Positions 40,186 through 47,942 of a DNA stretch of 64,000 bases are shown here, in pieces; the first letter of the stretch is position 1, and each line of letters begins with the position of its first letter. The notes beneath the pieces were generated by a model. The model worked only from the letters and a program-made list of their open reading frames with translations. It did no database searches and had not been told where the DNA came from. Both the position numbers and the translations under genes were made by a program. The DNA comes from a virus. The stretch spans positions 37,226 to 101,225 of IMG/VR virus record IMGVR_UViG_3300014838_000015; one strand, written 5' to 3'.

Positions 40186-41150
40186 AGCAATCGATCGCCG
40201 TAATAGGTCAGGGATTCGTGGGTGGATCGTTGACAACCGTGTTCGCTGAACGAGGATTCGACGTTCACGTGTTTGATAAAGCAGGAAAGGTTGCACCGAA
40301 CGCGACGCCTTTTCGTTATTTTCCGGAGATCAATGAAGGATCGAACGGCAAGGTTCGTAACATCACGAACCTTGTGTATGCATGTGAATCCTTGGGTCGT
40401 GGGTTCAAGAACGTTTACTTCGTTTGTTTACCAACACCGATGTGTGAAGACGGTTCGTGTGATCTTACGATCGTTGAAGGTGCACTTCGTGAGCTCGCCT
40501 CGGCTCCAGGAATTAGCGGAAGAATCGCAGTTGTTAAGTCAACTGTCCCGCCTGGAAGCACTGAACGTTGGAATGAGGAATTCAAATCGCTCAATTTACG
40601 TGTCATCTTCAATCCTGAGTTCCTTCGCGAAGCCAGCGCGCTCGATGATATGCGGAACCAGAACCGCGTTGTTCTTGGCGGACCACGCCCGTACATCAAT
40701 AGAGTGAAGCAGATTTTTGAATCGGCATTTCCGAACGTGCCGATCATCAAGACATCGTCGACAACCGCTGAAATGGTGAAGTACGTGTCCAACGTTCACC
40801 TCGCCGTCAAGGTTTCATTGGCAAATGAGTTTTACCAAATCTGTGAAGCCCTCGATTCACGAGGGGCGAATATTGATTATGATAAGGTGATCGAATATGC
40901 GACACTCGATGAACGACTTGGAAAATCGCACTGGAAGGTGCCAGGTCCTATGCCTTCTGATGACACTGGAGAACCAGCATATGGTTATGGCGGAAGTTGT
41001 TTTGTGAAGGACATTAATTCTTTGATTTTCTTGGCGAGGGAATTAGGAATTGATCCAAAGGTGATGCTTGGTTCGTGGAATAAGAATATTGAAGTTCGTC
41101 CACAAAAAGATTGGCTTAGGCTCGTGGGTAGGGCCGTTAGTAAGAAATGA
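40182..41150 (+). CDS. ugd: UDP-glucose/GDP-mannose 6-dehydrogenase family, short form without the C-terminal domain
   Basis: GQGFVG, CLPTP, KSTVPPG, NPEFLRE, AEMVKY..N, GYGGSCFVKD. Confidence 0.9.
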   Translation: MKQSIAVIGQGFVGGSLTTVFAERGFDVHVFDKAGKVAPNATPFRYFPEINEGSNGKVRNITNLVYACESLGRGFKNVYFVCLPTPMCEDGSCDLTIVEGALRELASAPGISGRIAVVKSTVPPGSTERWNEEFKSLNLRVIFNPEFLREASALDDMRNQNRVVLGGPRPYINRVKQIFESAFPNVPIIKTSSTTAEMVKYVSNVHLAVKVSLANEFYQICEALDSRGANIDYDKVIEYATLDERLGKSHWKVPGPMPSDDTGEPAYGYGGSCFVKDINSLIFLARELGIDPKVMLGSWNKNIEVRPQKDWLRLVGRAVSKK

Positions 41151-41171
41151 TAGAAAATGGTCGACCGACGG

Positions 41172-41200
41172 TGTACAAATCTAAGCAAGCGTAGTACTCT
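41172..41200 (+). promoter_or_regulatory. Promoter TGTACA-N17-TACTCT for the NAD operon
   Basis: Matches the recurring motif; intergenic. Confidence 0.55.
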
Positions 41201-41279
41201 ATAACGACGGTAATGCGCCGTCACCGGCGATGGGTGCAGAGAGCACTGGTCGGTCTCACATAACACGGAGAGTGTAAAC

Positions 41280-42302
41280 ATGCACATGCACAAGTACGGC
41301 GTACTGATCGGACGATTTCAGCCATTTCATAATGCTCACCTGGAGACGGTACGGTTTGCGTTAGAGCACGTTGAGCGGCTCATCATCGTTCTTGGATCTC
41401 ATAATCGAGCTCGTGACATTCGTAACCCATGGTCTACTGATGAACGCGTAACGATGATTGATTCGTGTCTTTCTCACGATGATAACGAACGTATTGAATT
41501 CGTGAAAGCCAGTGACTATGACTATAATGATCTTTTGTGGGTAGCAACGGTCCAGGAAGCCATTCACGAGGTAACGAACGGGTCAACTGACGTCAAGTTG
41601 ATCGGTCATCGTAAGGATGCAACCAGCTTCTACCTGAATTTGTTTCCACAATGGGGTGATCACATTGAAACTGGCATCAGCATGAACGTCGACGCGTCGA
41701 AGGTTCGAGAGATGATGTTCGGTCTCGATACAATAGGAATAAAAGACATGGTACCATCTAACGTGTATGGTATGCTCATCACGTACATGTCTACTCCGGA
41801 GTTCAAACGCCTTCACGATGAATATCACGACATTCTTGCTGATAAGGTTGCATGGTCAGGTGCACCGTACCAACCGACATTCGTGACAACCGACGCCATC
41901 GTCATCTGCTCCGGTCACGTGTTGGTAGTCAGACGACGAGGTCGCTACGGAAAAGGATTGATTGCATTGCCAGGTGGTTATATCAAGCCGTCAGAATCGA
42001 TACAAAATGGTTGCATCCGCGAACTCAAGGAGGAGACGGGAATCAAGATCGATTCTCAAACGTTACGTACTCACTGCGTTGATTCGCACGTATTTGATAA
42101 TCCAACACGTGACCTTCGTGGACGAGTGATTACACACGCCTTTTGTTTCAGGTTACTAGATGGTGAATTACCGCGTGTCAAAGGAATGGATGACGCTGAT
42201 CGTGCGTGGTGGATGCCTCTTCGAACGGTGTGGGCAAGCGAGGAGAAATTCTTCTGTGATCACTTTCACATAATCAATTCTTTTTGTAACAGGATGTCTT
42301 AA
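41280..42302 (+). CDS. nadM: Bifunctional NMN adenylyltransferase / ADP-ribose pyrophosphatase (NadM-Nudix)
   Basis: GRFQPFHNAH, RNPW...R, GHRKD..SFYL..FPQW, Nudix box GG...E...IRELKEETG. Confidence 0.95.
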   Translation: MHMHKYGVLIGRFQPFHNAHLETVRFALEHVERLIIVLGSHNRARDIRNPWSTDERVTMIDSCLSHDDNERIEFVKASDYDYNDLLWVATVQEAIHEVTNGSTDVKLIGHRKDATSFYLNLFPQWGDHIETGISMNVDASKVREMMFGLDTIGIKDMVPSNVYGMLITYMSTPEFKRLHDEYHDILADKVAWSGAPYQPTFVTTDAIVICSGHVLVVRRRGRYGKGLIALPGGYIKPSESIQNGCIRELKEETGIKIDSQTLRTHCVDSHVFDNPTRDLRGRVITHAFCFRLLDGELPRVKGMDDADRAWWMPLRTVWASEEKFFCDHFHIINSFCNRMS

Positions 42303-42304
42303 AC

Positions 42305-42445
42305 ATGAAGTTCATAGCGAGCATCGCTAAACAACTCGAAGCGGCAGGTTTTGATTATGCAGTTGCAGTTGCAACACAGGCAGAGATCGATGCCGGTGCC
42401 GCATGTGGCCAACTTAGCCTAGTGATTGAGAATAACAAGAAGTAA
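42305..42445 (+). CDS. 46-aa hypothetical protein inside the NAD operon
   Basis: MKFIASIAKQLEAAGFDYAVAVATQAEIDAGAACGQLSLVIENNKK; starts 2 nt after the nadM stop; below the ORF track cutoff. Confidence 0.5.
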   Translation: MKFIASIAKQLEAAGFDYAVAVATQAEIDAGAACGQLSLVIENNKK

Positions 42446-42505
42446 CGTAACACCACGAACGACCGGAGAGGTTCAATGTGGTTCAATAGAACACGGAGAG
42501 TGAAC

Positions 42506-43960
42506 ATGGAAAATGAAAAGAAGAGAACATACGCACCGATCGCTGATCTCATCTATAACCCAATATTGGACGTAGATTCGTATAAGCTTTCTCACTGGAC
42601 GCAGTATCCACCAAACACCACGAGAATGATGAGTTACTTCGAGGCTCGAGGCGGTGAGTTAACGGAGTGCACGTTAGCAGGATTGCAATACGTAATGCAT
42701 GCGTACCTATCGAGGCTAGTGACGCATGCTCACGTTGATGAAGCAATGGAATTCGCTCAATTGCACGGTGAACCGTTCAATGAAGCCGGCTGGCGTTACA
42801 TCGTTGACAAATTCGATGGTCGTCTACCCGTTCGAATTAGAGCGATTCCTGAGGGACTCATCGTTCCCGTTGGCAACGTAATATTGACGATTGAATGTGA
42901 TGTACCGGAGTGTTTTTGGTTGGTTTCGTGGCTCGAAACAATGCTTGTCAGACTGTGGTATCCATCCACGATTGCAATGACAAGCAGAGAATCGAAGAAG
43001 GTCATAAAGAAATACCTTGACCTAACTTCTGATTCTCCAGATCAGGAGCTACCATTCAAACTTCACGACTTCGGTGCGAGGGGCGTTGCAACGTTGGAAC
43101 AGAGCCGCGTCGGTGGAATGGCTCACTTGTTCAACTTCATGGGAAGCGACACGATCGAGGGTGTTAGGTTAGCGAATCGTTATTACGATTGCAAGATGGC
43201 TGGGTTCAGCATTCCTGCATCTGAACACTCCACGATGACGATGTGGGGACGTGAGCACGAGATCGATGCTTATGAGAACTTCGTTCGACGTTACCTCGTT
43301 GATCGCATCGTTCCTGATGGAACGCCCAAGATAGCTGCATGTGTCAGCGATAGCTTCAACATCTACGATGCCGTGAAGGCATGGTGCTCGCCACGTTTAC
43401 GTGACCTCGTCAAGAATAGCGGTGGGTGTTTGGTCATTCGACCAGATTCCGGTGATCCTCTTGAGGTTCTTCCTAGAATTTTTGATACGTTCAGCGATGA
43501 ATTGCCAGCCGGCGAAATCACCTTCAATCACAAGGGTTACAAGGTGCTTCCGCCTTATTTACGCATCATTCAAGGCGATGGAATAAATCGAAAGTCTATG
43601 ACGAAGATACTCGATCTAATCACTTTTGGTGGTTGGAGTGCATCGAACATAGCTTTTGGATCTGGCGGTGGTTTGCTTCAACAGGTCAACCGCGATACGC
43701 AGAAGTGGGCATTCAAGTGCTGTGCAGCGATGGTCGATGGAAAGTGGGTCGACGTTCGCAAGGATCCAGCGACAGATCCAGGAAAGCGCAGCAAACCTGG
43801 TCGACTTGATCTCATCAAGACAGAAAAGGGTTATGAGACTGTCGCTCTAGACAATGGCACCGCTGCCCACTCGTTGACCGTGATGAATACCGTGATGGAG
43901 AGTGGTAGGATTCTTCATCACACAACGTTGAGTGAGTGTCGAGCTCGTATGGGCATTTAG
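42506..43960 (+). CDS. nadV: Nicotinamide phosphoribosyltransferase
   Basis: DSYKLSH..QYP, LHDFGARG, SIPASEHS, VSDS, VIRPDSGDP, IQGDG, FGSGGGLLQ.VNRDT.K.A.K; SD GGAG before ATG 42506. Confidence 0.95.
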   Translation: MENEKKRTYAPIADLIYNPILDVDSYKLSHWTQYPPNTTRMMSYFEARGGELTECTLAGLQYVMHAYLSRLVTHAHVDEAMEFAQLHGEPFNEAGWRYIVDKFDGRLPVRIRAIPEGLIVPVGNVILTIECDVPECFWLVSWLETMLVRLWYPSTIAMTSRESKKVIKKYLDLTSDSPDQELPFKLHDFGARGVATLEQSRVGGMAHLFNFMGSDTIEGVRLANRYYDCKMAGFSIPASEHSTMTMWGREHEIDAYENFVRRYLVDRIVPDGTPKIAACVSDSFNIYDAVKAWCSPRLRDLVKNSGGCLVIRPDSGDPLEVLPRIFDTFSDELPAGEITFNHKGYKVLPPYLRIIQGDGINRKSMTKILDLITFGGWSASNIAFGSGGGLLQQVNRDTQKWAFKCCAAMVDGKWVDVRKDPATDPGKRSKPGRLDLIKTEKGYETVALDNGTAAHSLTVMNTVMESGRILHHTTLSECRARMGI

Positions 43961-43972
43961 GAAGGTACGTAT

Positions 43973-44479
43973 ATGATCGAGTACATCAATGGCGACGCTA
44001 CATTACCTCAAATCGATGGTAAAAAAATCATTGCTCACGTGTGTAATGACGTAGGTGGATGGGACCGTGGATTTGTTGTTTCATTGTCAAAACGTTGGTC
44101 ACAACCCGAGAAAAATTACCGTGAATGGGCAGCAAAACGTGTCGGCGGCGTGAAGCTTGGACGCGTGCAATTTGTTGATGTTGGTGATGATGTGTTCGTT
44201 GCAAACATGGTTGCTCAACACGGTGTGAAAAACGAGAATGGAATTCCACCCATAAGGTACGATGCTCTTAAAACGTGTCTCATGGAAGTTAAGAATTTTA
44301 CCGTGTTCAACCTAAACAATGAAGCGACTGTACATATGCCACGTATAGGTTGTGGATTAGCGGGAGGTAAGTGGAACGAGATCGAACCCATCATCAATGA
44401 AATGCTGTGGTGTACCAGCGTGTACGTGTACGATTACGTTTCTAGCGATAGTGTAGCATCAATACCCTGGAATCCATGA
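43973..44479 (+). CDS. Macrodomain ADP-ribosyl hydrolase (Poa1p/SCO6735/TARG1-like)
   Basis: GDAT.P...IAHVCND.GGW..GF...ANMVAQ...MPRIGCGLAGG.W. Confidence 0.9.
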   Translation: MIEYINGDATLPQIDGKKIIAHVCNDVGGWDRGFVVSLSKRWSQPEKNYREWAAKRVGGVKLGRVQFVDVGDDVFVANMVAQHGVKNENGIPPIRYDALKTCLMEVKNFTVFNLNNEATVHMPRIGCGLAGGKWNEIEPIINEMLWCTSVYVYDYVSSDSVASIPWNP

Positions 44480-44493
44480 GGTCATAACAACAC

Positions 44494-45027
44494 ATGAATC
44501 GTTTCATCAAAGAGGCATATGAACACGTTGGTGAGGGAACGCATGCTGAACCTGTCATGGTTGCGGAAAACTTGGTGTATCCGCAGAAAAATGGTTGGGG
44601 TTGTGGCGTTTGGGCGATGAGACACTGTTTCATGAAGTGGGGGTACAACGTTGATCCGTACGAGCTAGCTAAGACGGCTCACGTTGGACAGTCAGGTACG
44701 ACCGATCGTAAGTTTGAATTGGCGGCGATGATCATGGGAAGCAAGTACACGATGCACGATCAAGTGACTGCAAAGCGTGCTAAACAAACGATAGATTCGT
44801 TGTTGATGCGTGGTCAACCGTTGGTTTTATACGTTGCTAATCACAAGCACGTGATTGCGTGTTTGCATCACACGAGAAAAGGTTACCTAATCTTTGACTC
44901 TGGAGCTATGTTGAATCAACCCGTCATTCAGGTACACGGTTGGAAGTGGTTGATGAATGAAATGAAGTTCAAAGATCTCAACAACCAACGATTCTTTTGC
45001 ATTGGTAGCGTGAGCAAGCCACGGTGA
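44494..45027 (+). CDS. Papain-like (C39-like) cysteine peptidase
   Basis: Q....GCG (QKNGWGCG), HVI, IFDS in Q-C-H-D order. Confidence 0.65.
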   Translation: MNRFIKEAYEHVGEGTHAEPVMVAENLVYPQKNGWGCGVWAMRHCFMKWGYNVDPYELAKTAHVGQSGTTDRKFELAAMIMGSKYTMHDQVTAKRAKQTIDSLLMRGQPLVLYVANHKHVIACLHHTRKGYLIFDSGAMLNQPVIQVHGWKWLMNEMKFKDLNNQRFFCIGSVSKPR

Positions 45028-45044
45028 AAATTGTGCGTTTGGCC

Positions 45045-45073
45045 TGTACAAACATCAATGCCGTTACTATCTT
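45045..45073 (+). promoter_or_regulatory. Promoter TGTACA-N17-TATCTT
   Basis: Matches the recurring motif; upstream of the Pth2 operon. Confidence 0.55.
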
Positions 45074-45115
45074 AAAAAGCAGCAACATGAACGTATTCCT
45101 CTGAACGTAAAGCGT

Positions 45116-45541
45116 ATGAAGCGCGTGGGCCGCCCGTACATAGATCGCTCAATCAACGATCTTGTAGTGTTACGGGCGAAGGTAATTGGATTCCAGAAGG
45201 CTGGCATTACAATATCACGTCAGATTACAAAATCACATGGTTCTCAAAAGAATGCATTGTGGAACGAAAAGAGACTGCTGGGATACGAATCACGGCATCA
45301 TCTAATCGCGTACGGATTGCTTCGTGGTTTGAAGTATGAATCCATTGAAATTCCGCACAAGCACAATCCAGCAAATCCTTACATGATCACGCAAATTATG
45401 AACGATCATGCTAAAACGTATTCTGGTCACGTTGATCCCAGGCGTCGTGAATCGTTCACCCTTGACGATGTGAAGGGATTGGTCAACAGGTGCGTCACCA
45501 ACGCGCCAGAATCAATCGATTCAACACAGGTGACACCGTGA
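45116..45541 (+). CDS. Basic hypothetical phage protein coupled to the Pth2-like gene
   Basis: RHHLIAYGLLRG..Y..IE motif; GTGA overlap with the next gene; 5' end uncertain. Confidence 0.7.
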   Translation: MKRVGRPYIDRSINDLVVLRAKVIGFQKAGITISRQITKSHGSQKNALWNEKRLLGYESRHHLIAYGLLRGLKYESIEIPHKHNPANPYMITQIMNDHAKTYSGHVDPRRRESFTLDDVKGLVNRCVTNAPESIDSTQVTP

Positions 45542-45888
45542 CAACGATCGTTGAAGGCGATAAACTTTACATCATAACTCGTCGTGACATGTCGCCGGGA
45601 TACCAAGCAGTGCAATCATGCCATGCACTGCGTCAATTTGTTGCCGAGCACTCCGAAATCGACAAGGTATGGTACGAAGTTTCTAGCTACATTGCTCTTC
45701 TAGCGGCTCACGATGAGGACGAGTTGATGGATCTGGTCGCTCGTGCAAACGACATGGGTTTACAGGTGTCGACGTACCGCGAACCTGACGTGGGTGATCG
45801 TGTCACGGCGATTGCCATCGGACCACATTCAGAAGCATCGAAGCTTTGCAGAGGATTTCCGCTAGCATTGAAGGAGTGCAAGGTGTGA
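45538..45888 (+). CDS. Peptidyl-tRNA hydrolase II-like (PTH2 fold) protein
   Basis: KLYIITRRDMSPGYQAVQSCHA...EPD....TAIAIGP.......L. Confidence 0.8.
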   Translation: MTTIVEGDKLYIITRRDMSPGYQAVQSCHALRQFVAEHSEIDKVWYEVSSYIALLAAHDEDELMDLVARANDMGLQVSTYREPDVGDRVTAIAIGPHSEASKLCRGFPLALKECKV

Positions 45889-45912
45889 TGATTGTGACAT
45901 ATACTGTCTTCG

Positions 45913-46371
45913 ATGGAAAAGCTCTCCTCTAAGAAGATTCTTGCGATCATTCAGCCTTCGTTGACAACGAAAGAAGTTGTTGATGATATGGTCAATCAAT
46001 ACGATATAGAATGTGCATCGATTGAAGAAATTAACGTAATAAGACGTGATTGGTGTAATGTCACAAAATGGAAACGCATGAATAAATCACGTCTTAAAGA
46101 AGAGGCTGAATCGTACGTGAATTGTGACAAACGATTGGATGCCGCCACTAATACGTACATTATATCTGAAAAACCCGTGTGGAGATTCGATCAACACGGT
46201 GACCACGATCAAGTCGTGCTTGAACGCGTGTATAACAACGCTGAAGGTCCCAAATGCTGGCTTCGTGTGTTCGTACCTGATAACGATGACCTCGCCGATA
46301 ATTGGCGACTTGAGGTCGTCACAACGCCTGATGACACAGAAATCGTTGGTTGGGAAACAATCGTTGATTGA
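45913..46371 (+). CDS. Hypothetical protein
   Basis: 152-aa ORF; TACTGT 5 nt before ATG. Confidence 0.7.
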   Translation: MEKLSSKKILAIIQPSLTTKEVVDDMVNQYDIECASIEEINVIRRDWCNVTKWKRMNKSRLKEEAESYVNCDKRLDAATNTYIISEKPVWRFDQHGDHDQVVLERVYNNAEGPKCWLRVFVPDNDDLADNWRLEVVTTPDDTEIVGWETIVD

Positions 46372-46391
46372 TGTAATGTACGAGCGAGTGA

Positions 46392-46712
46392 ATGCAACAA
46401 GGAGCGAAATCGATGAAGGTGTTCAATAAATTTTTGTGTTATATAATTTCAGGATCGATTGTTTTTACGATCATAATGATGCTATCATCAATATTGATTT
46501 GTATGATATTGTCAATAATTGGCTATAATAAAATTAAAACCATAATTGATTCAACACTTTATGTCGCGTCTATAGCAATGTGTCAAGTATTAATTTCATT
46601 GTTGTTGTTGATTTTAGTCAATTCGAGTTATACAATTATCACTTATATAATAAAAGTTATTCACGGTGGTGACTCATCTTTCATAAATCACGCTGATTCA
46701 ATGTTGAGTTGA
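46392..46712 (+). CDS. Small membrane protein (2 TM)
   Basis: Two long hydrophobic segments; AT-rich; start uncertain. Confidence 0.6.
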   Translation: MQQGAKSMKVFNKFLCYIISGSIVFTIIMMLSSILICMILSIIGYNKIKTIIDSTLYVASIAMCQVLISLLLLILVNSSYTIITYIIKVIHGGDSSFINHADSMLS

Positions 46713-46719
46713 TCAAACA

Positions 46720-46959
46720 ATGATTAGAAGGTTAAGATTGCTTTGCATTCACATCGCTGCGTATGCAATGTGTACGACTGTCGTAGCGTTTTTTTTGACC
46801 ATTGGATCGGCGTTAGCGGTATTCATTAGCAATGCGTTTAACCTACACGTTGCACCGATTTGGTCATCGTTGGCATTGTCAACGGCAATGTGTCTTGTAG
46901 TTTCTGTCTTGTCTGCATTAGGATGGTTCATCTTGGAACTAGAGTTTTGGAAGGAATAA
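46720..46959 (+). CDS. Small membrane protein (2 TM)
   Basis: Hydrophobic hairpin with basic N-terminus. Confidence 0.65.
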   Translation: MIRRLRLLCIHIAAYAMCTTVVAFFLTIGSALAVFISNAFNLHVAPIWSSLALSTAMCLVVSVLSALGWFILELEFWKE

Positions 46960-46962
46960 AAC

Positions 46963-47175
46963 ATGAATTTATTGAAATGGGAAACGGCTGCAATGATAGC
47001 AGCATACATTTCTTGTATTGTATGCACAATCGTTGTGCTATGCTGGAGCGTGTTACACTATGTTTTTCATGTTGACGTAAACCTTAATCTTCAATTCTTT
47101 TCAGTGCAATTTGGTGTTTCAATCATTGTTTGGATGGCATTTTTGATTATCAATCGTTTAAGATGGTCAAAATGA
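46963..47175 (+). CDS. Small membrane protein (2 TM)
   Basis: Hydrophobic hairpin; SD AAGGA. Confidence 0.65.
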   Translation: MNLLKWETAAMIAAYISCIVCTIVVLCWSVLHYVFHVDVNLNLQFFSVQFGVSIIVWMAFLIINRLRWSK

Positions 47176-47348
47176 ACTATTTTTGGTTCATGGTGATCGT
47201 GATGTGCATTCCTGCTTTGGTGGGTTCAGCTTTCATTACCATTGATTGGTATTTTGATCATCTCAAACGTAAAGAAAAACTTTATTATCAAAAACTTGAT
47301 TATCTTGATCGCATTGACATTATTCTTTCGAAAAAGAAGGGTGTGTAA
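47172..47348 (+). CDS. Small membrane protein (1 TM, basic tail)
   Basis: MNYFWFMVIVMCIPALVGSAFITIDW followed by a Lys-rich tail; ATGA overlap. Confidence 0.6.
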   Translation: MNYFWFMVIVMCIPALVGSAFITIDWYFDHLKRKEKLYYQKLDYLDRIDIILSKKKGV

Positions 47349-47419
47349 CCTGAAGCAAACGTGTGGGTCATAGTCATGACGTTTCGTCTCACAGAACGTG
47401 AGTGTCAAGCACCGGCGAA

Positions 47420-47443
47420 GAAGTAACGAAGTAACGAAGTAAC
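47420..47443 (+). repeat. Tandem repeat (GAAGTAAC)x3
   Basis: Directly visible in the sequence. Confidence 0.9.
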
Positions 47444-47482
47444 AAGAACTGATCGGTCACAACGATTCGATCAGTTCTTGTT
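47441..47482 (+). terminator. 15-bp perfect inverted repeat (terminator or processing hairpin) just upstream of the tRNA
   Basis: AACAAGAACTGATCG-12 nt-CGATCAGTTCTTGTT, with a U-rich 3' arm. Confidence 0.6.
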
Positions 47483-47493
47483 TAAGACGTTTT

Positions 47494-47568
47494 GCCCCTG
47501 TAGCTCAGCGGTCGAGCGGCCGTATTTCAACCCGGCGTCGCACGTGGGTTCGAATCCCTCCGGGGGCG
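47494..47568 (+). tRNA. Atypical tRNA or tRNA-like gene; anticodon ambiguous (TTC Glu or TCA)
   Basis: Acceptor GCCCCTG/CGGGGGC, D-arm GCTC..GAGC, T-loop TTCGAAT. The anticodon stem is only 4 bp (GCCG/CGGC) around the 10-nt TATTTCAACC. No encoded CCA. Confidence 0.75.
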
Positions 47569-47572
47569 CTCT

Positions 47573-47884
47573 TTAATTCGTTTTGTTGCGAAGGTACATC
47601 TTGGCGATGTCTCTTGCCGTCAGCACGAGCACCTCAGTGGGTTCGATGGTTGAGATGAATCGTTTGACATCGCTGTGATCAACCTTGACGTTTGTACCGA
47701 ACGTCCTGATCAGTTTAACGACCTGATCAGTTTTCGTGTCTGTGGGTGATCGAGATTTCAGCGCCTGATGATCTGCATGTTTGATGGCTCGGGAGCTAGC
47801 AGGAACGTGTTGCGTGTTGGCGAGTAGCGTATCATAGTAACCCTCTCTGATCAACGTTCGTAACGTTCCTAGCTTCATCCTCAT
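47573..47884 (-). CDS. Probable head-internal protein
   Basis: N-terminus MRMKLGTLRTLIREG resembles that of the 478 gene; TACTTA 7 nt before ATG 47884. Confidence 0.65.
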   Translation of the reverse strand: MRMKLGTLRTLIREGYYDTLLANTQHVPASSRAIKHADHQALKSRSPTDTKTDQVVKLIRTFGTNVKVDHSDVKRFISTIEPTEVLVLTARDIAKMYLRNKTN

Positions 47885-47942
47885 CGTAACGTAAGTACCA
47901 CGTTTCATTGAATTGAAACGATCGTGGTTGTACTGTTGAAGG

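Noticed and set aside
23152-41150. Bacterial chromosomal O-antigen or capsule locus (host contamination)
   Set aside because: There are no export or polymerase genes. The cluster is interleaved with phage-type ORFs and shares the promoter architecture and AACGTT richness of the flanks.
42506-43960. NARP1 (Adps plus Namat) pathway
   Set aside because: No PRPP-synthetase-like Adps gene is present. The partner is NadM-Nudix, which fits the NadV/NMNAT route.
47375-47430. 16-codon ORF MTFRLTERECQAPAKK before the GAAGTAAC repeat
   Set aside because: Too short, with no SD or promoter spacing to support it.
47494-47568. tRNA-Sec
   Set aside because: It lacks the long variable arm and extended acceptor stem, and no selenoprotein-like TGA ORF is visible.
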